Made by a program: the position numbers and the translations under genes. The notes under the pieces were generated by a model that saw only the letters and a program-made list of their open reading frames with translations, ran no database searches and was not told where the DNA came from. Positions 51,609 through 63,600 of a stretch of 64,000 nucleotides of DNA are shown here, in pieces. Each line of letters opens with the position of its first letter. Position 1 is the first letter of the stretch. The DNA is taken from NCBI GenBank assembly GCA_037137535.1, contig JBAXKC010000002.1, positions 85,186 through 149,185 on the forward strand, written 5' to 3'. Origin of the DNA: a bacterium (GTDB taxonomy: Bacteria > Cyanobacteriota > Vampirovibrionia > Gastranaerophilales > JBAXKC01).

Positions 51609-54600
51609 TGGAGCATTGGATTTTTTTTAGGACGATGTATAAAAATGATGGCAGTTCCTATGATATATATAAACAGAAAGATTCATCTGGTCACACAACT
51701 GATTATGTTTATAAGTATTCAAGTGGAGTAATAGAAAGATGGCATGTTAATCCAATTGACGGTTCATTTGTCAATCATGAGCGTTTTAATAATATTGATG
51801 AATATAGTAATAAATATTCTACAAATACGAGTTCAACTGTAAATCAACCAAATTATAATACTATCTCTTTTGCAGACACTTTGGGATTTAATGCATCTGA
51901 AAAAGAAAAACGAATTAGAGGCAATAATGCAATTGTTGACGGAGGTGCTGGTATGATGATATTAGCAATAGCCTCCACCTCCGCTACAGGTGCTCGTATA
52001 GGAGCTTTACTAGGCTCAATACTTGGGGCTCCTACTGGGATTGGTGAAGTAGTAATAGTTCCTGTAGGGATAGTTATTGGTGGTGTAGTAGGAGGAGTAA
52101 TAGGATGGCTATCGCCTCCTGCAAAGTCAAGTGAGTTAGAAAAAGTACTTTTACCTAATCCAGACGGCGGGCCTCCTTTAGAATATATGCTGCCTAAACC
52201 TCCTATACCTAATGGAGATGGGGCTTCTAATAATCCCGCATTCTTAGGACCATTCCCAACCACAGGCGGAACAACTCCAGTATATAAAGTCGACCCATTA
52301 ATCATAGATCTTGACGGAAATGGATTTAACTTAAATAACCAAGCTACTGGAGCATATTTTGACCTTGATAAAAACGGATTTGCAGAGTCAACAGGCTGGG
52401 TAAGCGGTAATGATATAGTTCTTGCTATGGATAGAAACAATAACGGTCTTATTGACGATGGCGGAGAGTTATTCGGAGACCAGACAATCCTTAAAAACGG
52501 TCAAAAAGCTACCAGTGGGGTACAAGCTTTAGCAGAATTAGACACAAATGCAGATGGTAAAATTGATATAAATGATACCAACTTTGGGAAATTATACGGT
52601 ATAAAAGCAGACGGCAGCATTATTTCATTAAGCGACGCAGGTGTAAAATCCATTTCATTAACTTCTACGTCTACTAATGAAGTAATAAACAGTAATACCC
52701 TTGCAAGAACTGTTAACGTAACTAAAACTGACGGTACTATTGTTAAAGCAGGAGATTTCTTGCTTGATAGAAATGTAACAGATTCTATTGCTACCGATTG
52801 GGTTGAAATCTCTGACGATGTAGCAGCTTTACCTGAAGTTTCAAGCTATGGAAATGTTAGATGGCTTTCACAAGCTATGCAATTAGATACAACAGGCACA
52901 TTAAAAGCATTAGTAAAACAATTTACTCAATCAACTGATATGAAACAACGCCTTATATTATTAGATAATATTCTTGAAAAATGGACTGGTTCAGACAGTA
53001 TAGACCCTGCTTCAAGAGGTGGATACAATGCGAAAAAACTTGCTGTTGTTGAATCATTTGCAGGTAAATACTTTATGGATGATTCGCATAGTATCGTTCA
53101 AGTCGGTTCAACAGCGGCAGTGGCTTTTGACCAATCTTACACATTATTAAAAAATGAAGTATATGCTCAATTAATGAGTCAAAGCATACTAAAAGACCTA
53201 TATAGCAGTATATTCACATATAATGCTACGGATAATACTATTCTATTTAGCCTTGATGCTGCTAAAACTAAAATATTAGCAGATATTGCACAAACCCCTG
53301 AAGTAGGTAAACAAGAACTGTTTGAATTTGCAAGATCATTAAAAGAATTAAAACTTGCTGATAATGATGAATATAAATCCTTTTATAACAGTTTAGCCAC
53401 TGCCCCCCTATATAAATCATTGATTGATGCTAGTAGTTCTAATAATATTATTTTCTCAAAAGATAATGAAACTCAAACAGAAGGAACTGGCATATCAGAT
53501 GTTGTTTTTGGAACTGCAACCAACAATACAATATACTCAAGACAAGGAAATGATGTTATTTTTGCAGGAGCAGGCAATGATTATCTCGACTCTTGCCAAG
53601 GAGATGATGTTGTCTACGGAGAAGCTGGAGATGATACCATTTTGGGCGGTGATGGCAATGACATAATATCAGGCGGAGCAGGCAATGATATAATTAATGG
53701 CGGTAATGGTAATGATACCTATTTATTCGGCACTGGTGATGGTAACGACATAATTACAGATAACTTTGCATACTCTACAGATGCAGGTATTGATACCCTT
53801 AAATTCACAGGAACTCTTAAGCAAACAGATATTGCTGTAAGGGGAGAAAATAGTGATTTAGTTATAACCATAAAAGCAACTGGTGAAACTATTCGATTAA
53901 CTGACCAATTTACACCAAATTTCAGGATTGAAAACTTCGTATTCTCTGATGGAACAACTCTTAGTTATGATAATTTTATAAAATTACTTCAAACTCAAGG
54001 AACAGCTGGTAACGATACTATTACAGGATCAGCTTTCAATGAAGTAATTTATGGTAATGCGGGCAATGATACCATTGACTCCCCTTTTAGTAATGACACT
54101 ATTTATGGTGGAGATGGAAATGATATTATAACCTCTTCATATTTCTATAATGATTATTTTAAAGTTATATACGGAGAAGCAGGAAATGATACTATTATTT
54201 CTAGTGGTGGGAATGATACCATCTCAGGCGGAGCAGGTAATGATGTAATTAATGGCGGTAATGGAAATGATATTTATTTATTCGGCAATGGTGATGGTAA
54301 CGACATAATTACAGATAACATCTCATGGGCTACTGATGCAGGTAATGACACTCTGAAATTTATAGGAACTCTTAAGCAAACAGATATTGCTGTAAGAGGA
54401 GAAAATAGTGATTTAGTTATCACAATAAAAGCTACTGGTGAAACTATTCGATTAACTGACCAATTTACACCAAATTTCAGAATTGAAAATTTCTCATTCT
54501 CTGATGGAACAATAGTAAGTTTTGATAACCTATTAAAATCACTTCAAACTCAAGGAACAGCTGGTAACGATACTATTACAGGATCAGCTTTCAATGAAGT

Positions 54601-57600
54601 AATTTATGGTAATGCGGGCAATGATACCATTGACTCCCCTTTTAGTAATGACACTATTTATGGTGGAGATGGAAATGATATTATAACCTCTTCATATTTT
54701 TATAATGATTATTTTAAAGTTATATACGGTGAATCAGGAAATGATACTATTGCTTCTGGTGGTGGGAATGATACCATTTCTGGTGGAGCAGGTAATGATG
54801 TCATTAATGGCGGCAATGGAAATGACACCTATTTATTCGGCACTGGTGATGGAAATGATATCATTAAAGATGATAATGCAAACTCTACAGATTCAGGTAA
54901 TGATATCCTTAAATTCACAGGAACTCTTAAGCAAACAGATATTGCTGTAAGAGGAGAAAATAGTGATTTAGTTATAACCATAAAAGCAACTGGTGAAACT
55001 ATTCGATTAACTGACCAATTTACACCAAATTATAGAATTGAAAATTTCTCATTCTCTGATGGAACAATAGTAAGTTTTGACAACTTCTTGAAATCACTTC
55101 AAACGCAAGGAACAGCTAGTAATGATACTATTACAGGGTCATATTTTGATGAAGTAATTTATGGTAATGCGGGCAATGATACCATTGACTCCCCTTTTAG
55201 TAATGACACTATTTATGGTGGAGATGGAAATGATATTATAACCTCTTCATATTTTTATAATGATTATTTTAAAGTTATATACGGTGAATCAGGAAATGAT
55301 ACTATTGCTTCTGGTGGTGGGAATGATACCATTTCTGGTGGAGCAGGTAATGATGTAATTAATGGCGGCAATGGAAATGATACCTATTTATTCGGCACTG
55401 GTGATGGAAATGATATCATTAAAGATGATAATGCATACTCTACAGATTCAGGTAATGATACCCTTAAATTTACAGGAACTATTAAACAAACAGATATTGC
55501 TGTAAGGGGAGAAAATTGTGATTTAGTTATAACCATAAAAGCAACTGGTGAAACCGTTCGATTAGTTAACCAATTGACACCAAATTATAGAATTGAAAAT
55601 TTTGTATTCTCTGATGGCACCTCGTTAACTTATGATAATCTGTTAAAACTCATTCAAATTCAAGGAACAGCAGGTAATGACATAATTACAGGATCATATT
55701 TTTCTGAATCAATATATGGTAATGCTGGCAATGATATTATTAATTCATCTGATGGCGATGACTTTATTGATGGTGGCATAGGTGCTGACACAATGATTGG
55801 CGGTTCAGGTTGTGATACTTATATTGTTGATAATATAGGCGATGTGGTTACTGAAAACTTATATGAAGGTACTGATTCAGTATATTCAAGTATTAATTAC
55901 AGTTTAGTTACTAATGTTGAAAACCTAACATTAACCGGAACAACTGCAGTTAATGGTATGGGAAATACTTTAAATAATAGTATAACCGGTAATGCTGCTG
56001 ATAACTCTCTTGATGGAGGAGTTGGTTCTGATACAATGATAGGCGGCTTAGGTAATGACATCTACATTGTTGATAATATTGGCGATATAGTTACCGAAAA
56101 CTTAAATGAAGGTACTGATTTAGTAAAATCAAGTGTAAATTACAGCTTAGGTGCTAATATTGAAAATCTTACATTAACTTCAACAACTGCAATAAATGGA
56201 ATAGGAAATGATTTAAACAATAGCATTACTGGTTATACAGGCAATAACTATATTGACGGTGGAGCTGGTGATGACTACATTGATGGTGGTATTGGCGCTG
56301 ATACAATGATTGGTGGTTTAGGTAATGATACCTATATTGTTGATAATATTGGAGATATAGTTACTGAAACTTCAACTTTAGCTATTGAAATAGATTCTGT
56401 TAATTCCATCATAAATTATACATTAGGAGCTAATATTGAAAATCTTACTTTATCTGGGACCACAGCAATTAATGGAACTGGTAATGAGTTAGATAATTCT
56501 ATAGCTGGAAACTCAGCTGCAAATATATTAACTGGCGGAGCTGGTAATGACACTATTAATGGTGGAGCAGGTAATGACACAATGATAGGTGGTATTGGTA
56601 ACGATACTTATTATGTTGATGTTGCAACAGATGTAATTATAGAAAACTTAAATGAAGGTACAGATACTGTAAATTCAAGTATAAATTATTCATTAACTAC
56701 TAATATTGAAAACCTTACTTTAACAGGAAGCACAGCAATTAATGCAACAGGAAATACTCTTAATAATTATATAGTTGGAAATACATTGAATAATATTATT
56801 GATGGTGGTTTAGGTATTGACACTATGGTCGGTGGAACCGGAGATGATACTTATACTGTTGATGTTTCAACTGATGTTATTGTAGAAAATACTAATGAAG
56901 GTACTGATTCTATAAACTCAAGCACAAGCTATACATTAGGAGCAAATATAGAAAATCTTACTTTATCTGGAACCACAGCAATTAATGGAACTGGTAATGA
57001 ATTAGATAATTCTATAGCTGGAAACTCAGCTGCAAATATATTAACTGGCGGAGCTGGCAATGACACTATTAATGGTGGAGCAGGCAATGACACAATGATA
57101 GGTGGTATTGGAAATGATACTTATTATGTTGATGTCACAACTGATACAATTATAGAAAATACTAATGAAGGAATAGATACTATAAACTCAACCACAAGCT
57201 ACACATTAGGAGCAAATTTAGAAAATCTTACATTAACAGGAACCACAGTAATTAATGGAACTGGTAATGAGTTAGATAATTCTATAGCTGGAAACTCAGC
57301 TGCCAATATATTAACTGGCGGAGCTGGTAATGACACTATTAATGGCGGAGCAGGCAATGACACAATGATAGGTGGTATTGGTAACGATACTTATTATGTT
57401 GATGTTGCAACAGATGTTATTATCGAAAACTTAAATGAAGGTATAGATACTGTAAACTCAATTGCAAGTTACACATTAGCAGCTAATATTGAAAATCTTA
57501 CTTTAACCGGTAATACAGCCATTAATGCAACTGGAAATACTCTTAATAATAATATTGTTGGCAATGGATATAGCAATATTATTGATGCTGGAGCAGGAAA

Positions 57601-60600
57601 TGATACTATTGATGGTGGTTTAGGTATAGATACAATGATTGGCGGACTTGGTAATGACACCTATATTGTTGATAATATTGGCGATATAGTTACTGAAACT
57701 TCAACCTTAGCGACTGAAATTGATTCAGTATATTCAAGTGTTAATTACAGCTTAGTTACTAATGTTGAAAATCTAACATTAACCGGAACAACTGCAGTTA
57801 ATGGTATGGGAAATACTTTAAATAATAGTATAACCGGTAATGCTGCTGATAACTCTCTTGATGGAGGAGTTGGTTCTGATACAATGATAGGCGGCTTAGG
57901 TAATGACATCTACATTGTTGATAATATTGGCGATATAGTTACCGAAAACTTAAATGAAGGTACTGATTTAGTAAAATCAAGTGTAAATTACAGCTTAGGT
58001 GCTAATATTGAAAATCTTACATTAACTTCAACAACTGCAATAAATGGAATAGGAAATGATTTAAACAATAGCATTACTGGTTATACAGGCAATAACTATA
58101 TTGACGGTGGAGCTGGTGATGACTACATTGATGGTGGTATTGGCGCTGATACAATGATTGGTGGTTTAGGTAATGATACCTACATTGTTGATAATATTGG
58201 AGATATTATTACTGAAACTTCAACTTTAGCTACTGAAATAGATACTGTTAATTCAAGTATTACTTATTCATTAGCTACTAACGTAGAAAACCTAACCTTA
58301 ACAGGAAGTACAGCTATTAACGGAACAGGAAATGCTTTAAACAATATTATTACTGGAAATACTGGAAATAACACTCTTGATGGCGGAATAGGAATAGACA
58401 CAATGATAGGTGGCTTAGGTAATGATACCTATTATGTTGATAATTCAGGTGATGTAATAAGTGAAAACTTAAATGAAGGCATCGATGCTGTAAGCTCAAC
58501 TGCAAGTTATAGCTTAAGTACCAATATTGAAAATCTTACTTTAACTGGCACGGCTGCTATTAATGGAATCGGAAATGTTTTAAATAACAGTATATCTGGG
58601 AATGCAGCAAATAATACCTTGGACGGCGGTCTTGGTGCTGATGCAATGAGTGGAGGACTCGGTAATGACACCTATATTGTTGATAATATTGGCGATATAG
58701 TTACTGAAACTTCAACCTTAGCGACTGAAATTGATTCAGTATATTCAAGTGTTAATTACAGCTTAGTTACTAATGTTGAAAATCTAACATTAACCGGAAC
58801 AACTGCAGTTAATGGTATGGGAAATACTTTAAATAATAGTATAACCGGTAATGCTGCTGATAACTCTCTTGATGGAGGAGTTGGTTCTGATACAATGATA
58901 GGCGGCTTAGGTAATGACATCTACATTGTTGATAATATTGGCGATATAGTTACCGAAAACTTAAATGAAGGTACTGATTTAGTAAAATCAAGTGTAAATT
59001 ACAGCTTAGGTGCTAATATTGAAAATCTTACATTAACTTCAACAACTGCAATAAATGGAATAGGAAATGATTTAAACAATAGCATTACTGGTTATACAGG
59101 CAATAACTATATTGACGGTGGAGCTGGTGATGACTACATTGATGGTGGTATTGGCGCTGATACAATGATTGGTGGTTTAGGTAATGATACCTACATTGTT
59201 GATAATATTGGAGATATTATTACTGAAACTTCAACTTTAGCTACTGAAATAGATACTGTTAATTCAAGTATTACTTATTCATTAGCTACTAACGTAGAAA
59301 ACCTAACCTTAACAGGAAGTACAGCTATTAACGGAACAGGAAATGCTTTAAACAATATTATTACTGGAAATACTGGAAATAACACTCTTGATGGCGGAAT
59401 AGGAATAGACACAATGATAGGTGGCTTAGGTAATGATACCTATTATGTTGATAATTCAGGTGATGTAATAAGTGAAAACTTAAATGAAGGCATCGATGCT
59501 GTAAGCTCAACTGCAAGTTATAGCTTAAGTACCAATATTGAAAATCTTACTTTAACTGGCACGGCTGCTATTAATGGAATCGGAAATGTTTTAAATAACA
59601 GTATATCTGGGAATGCAGCAAATAATACCTTGGACGGCGGTCTTGGTGCTGATGCAATGAGTGGAGGACTCGGTAATGACACCTATATTGTTGATAATAT
59701 TGGCGATATAGTTACTGAAACTTCAACCTTAGCGACTGAAATTGATTCAGTATATTCAAGTGTTAATTACAGCTTAGTTACTAATGTTGAAAATCTAACA
59801 TTAACCGGAACAACTGCAGTTAATGGTATGGGAAATACTTTAAATAATAGTATAACCGGTAATGCTGCTGATAACTCTCTTGATGGAGGAGTTGGTTCTG
59901 ATACAATGATAGGCGGCTTAGGTAATGACATCTACATTGTTGATAATATTGGCGATATAGTTACCGAAAACTTAAATGAAGGTACTGATTTAGTAAAATC
60001 AAGTGTAAATTACAGCTTAGGTGCTAATATTGAAAATCTTACATTAACTTCAACAACTGCAATAAATGGCACAGGAAATGATTTAAACAATATCATTACT
60101 GGAAATGCTGGAAATAACACTCTTGATGGCGGAATAGGAATAGATACAATGATAGGTGGATTAGGTAATGATACCTACATTGTTGATAATATTGGAGATA
60201 TAGTTACTGAAAGCTTAAATGAAGGTACTGATTTAGTATATTCAAGTGTTAATTACAGCTTAAGTGCCAATCTTGAAAACCTTACTTTAACTGGCACGAC
60301 TGCTATTAATGGAACTGGAAATGTTTTAAATAATAGTATCTCTGGAAATGCAGGTAATAACACCTTAGACGGAGGTCTTGGTGCTGATACAATGACTGGC
60401 GGTTTAGGTAATGACACATACATTGTTGATAATATTGGAGATATAGTTACTGAAAGCTTAAATGAAGGTACTGATTTAGTATATTCAAGTGTTAATTACA
60501 GTTTAGTTACTAATGTTGAAAACCTAACATTAACCGGAACAACTGCAGTTAATGGTATGGGAAATACTTTAAATAATAGTATAACCGGTAATGCTGCTGA

Positions 60601-63600
60601 TAACTCTCTTGATGGAGGAGTTGGTTCTGATACAATGATAGGCGGCTTAGGTAATGACATCTACATTGTTGATAATATTGGCGATATAGTTACCGAAAAC
60701 TTAAATGAAGGTACTGATTTAGTAAAATCAAGTGTAAATTACAGCTTAGGTGCTAATATTGAAAATCTTACATTAACTTCAACAACAGCAATAAATGGAA
60801 TAGGAAATGATCTAAGTAATAGCCTTACTGGAAATGCAGGTAATAACTATATTGACGGTGGAGCCGGTGATGACTACATTGATGGTGGCATTGGCGCTGA
60901 TACAATGATTGGTGGTTTAGGTAATGATACTTATATTGTTGAAAATTCAAATGATATATGTATCGAAAATTCTGAAGAAGGTATTGATACAGTAAATTCA
61001 TCAACTACATACACATTATCTAATAACGTCGAAAATCTTACATTAACTGGTAGTACAGCTATTAATGGAACAGGTAATGAGCTGGATAATACTATAATTG
61101 GAAACTCGGTAGCTAATAAGTTAATGGGTGGAAACGGTAATGATGTACTTAACGGCGGAGCTTCTGCTGATACAATGATAGGTGGAACAGGAGATGATAC
61201 ATACTTTGTAGACAATATTGGCGATGTGATTATTGAATCTGAAGATGAAGGTGACGACACTATTAATTCATATGTTACTTATACATTATCTAGTAACGTG
61301 GAAAATCTTACGTTAGCTGGCAGTAGTGCTCTTAATGGAAAAGGCAACGATTTAGATAACGTGATTATAGGCAATTCAAATGCTAATACTCTTAATGGAG
61401 GTCTTGGTCAAGACTTAATAGCAGGCGGACTAGGTAACGACATATATATAGTAGACAATATTGGAGATGTTGTTATTGAAAATGTGAATGAAGGCACTGA
61501 TACTATCAATACATCAGTAAGTTACACTTTATCTGCTAACGTTGAAAATCTTACTTTAATAGAAACTGATAATATTGATGCAATAGGCAACGAACTTAAC
61601 AATATATTAATAGGAAATGCCTCTAATAATATTATTGATGGATGTTTTGGTGCTGATGTAATGTCAGGTGGTGCAGGTAATGATACATATATAATTGATA
61701 ATACAGGTGATATTGTTACAGAATCTACAAATTCAGGAGTTGATACGGCTTTATCAACCATTAACTACATTTTAGCCAATAATATTGAAAATTTAATATT
61801 AGCAGGTTCAGATGACATAAATGGAACTGGTAATACATTAAACAATATTATTACTGGAAATGATGGAAATAACATACTTAATGGCGGAGCAGGAATTGAT
61901 ACTTTAGTTGGCGGTTTTGGTAATGATACTTATATTGTTGATACAATAACAGACATTATTATAGAATGTGAAGATTATGCAGGAATAGATATTGTTCAAT
62001 CAAGTGTTTCTTACACATTAGGTGAATTTGTTGAAAACCTTACTCTAACAGGAACATTAGGATTAAATGGAACAGGTAACTCTTTAGATAATTCAATTAT
62101 AGGTAATAGTGGTAATAATACACTTGATGGTGCAGCAGGGAATAATACTTTAATCGGTGGTCTAGGTAATGATACATATATTATTGATGATTCCCCAAGT
62201 GCAAATACCATAGTTGAAAAAATCAATGAAGGTATCGATACAGTAATATCAAATTATTATTTAGGATATATATTAGGTTCTAATATTGAAAATCTTACTC
62301 TGATTGCAGATTCAGATTATTCTGAAGGTAAAGGAAATGAACTAAATAATATGATAATAGGCAGTAATTCCTCAAATATTATTGATGGAGGATTAGGCAC
62401 TGACACAATGATAGGCGGTAAAGGTAATGATACATACTTTATCGATAATATCGGCGATCTTATTATTGAATCTGCAAATGAAGGAATTGATACAGTAAAC
62501 TCGAGCATATCCTATAGTTTATTAACAACCATAGAAAATCTTCAATTAATAGGAACTGCTAATATTAATGGAACAGGTAATACATTAAACAATATTATTA
62601 CTGGAAATGATGGAAATAACACACTTAATGGCGGAGCAGGAATTGATACATTAGTTGGCGGTTTTGGTGATGATACTTATGTTGTTGATACCATAACAGA
62701 TATTATTATAGAATGTGATCCTCAATATGAGGGTTATGCGGGAGTAGATACTGTCCAATCAAGCGTTTCTTATACATTAGGTGAATTTGTTGAAAACTTG
62801 ACTCTAACAGGAACATTAGGATTAAATGGAACAGGTAACTCTTTAGATAATTCAATTACAGGTAATAGTGGTAATAATACACTTGACGGTGGATCAGGGA
62901 ATAATACTTTAATAGGTGGAGCTGGTAATGATACATATATTGATACCTATATTGATGATGCCCCTAGTACAAATACCATAGTTGAAAAACTCAATGAAGG
63001 AATTGATACAGTAATATCAAATTATTATTTTGGATATACATTAGGTTCTAATATTGAAAATCTTACTCTAATTACGAATTCAGATGATGCTGTCGGTGTT
63101 GGAAATGAACTAAATAATATAATAATAGGCAGTAATTCCTCTAATATTATTGATGGAGGTTTAGGCTCTGACACAATGATAGGCGGTAAAAGTAATGATA
63201 CATACTTTATCGATAATATCGGCGATCTTATTATTGAATCTGCAAATGAAGGAATTGATACAGTAAACTCGAGCATATCCTATAGTTTATTAACAACCAT
63301 AGAAAATCTTCAATTAATAGGAACTGCTAATATTAATGGAACAGGTAATACATTAAACAATATTATTACTGGAAATGATGGAAATAACACACTTAATGGC
63401 GGAGCAGGAATTGATACATTAGTTGGCGGTTTTGGTGATGATACTTATGTTGTTGATACCATAACAGATATTATTATAGAATGTGATCCTCAATATGAGG
63501 GTTATGCGGGAGTAGATACTGTCCAATCAAGCGTTTCTTATACATTAGGTGAATTTGTTGAAAACTTGACTCTAACAGGAACATTAGGATTAAATGGAAC

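Noticed and set aside
51853-52440. 195-aa Pro/Thr-rich minus-strand ORF
   Set aside because: Antisense of the Gly-rich RTX N-domain; its composition is explained by complementary codons.
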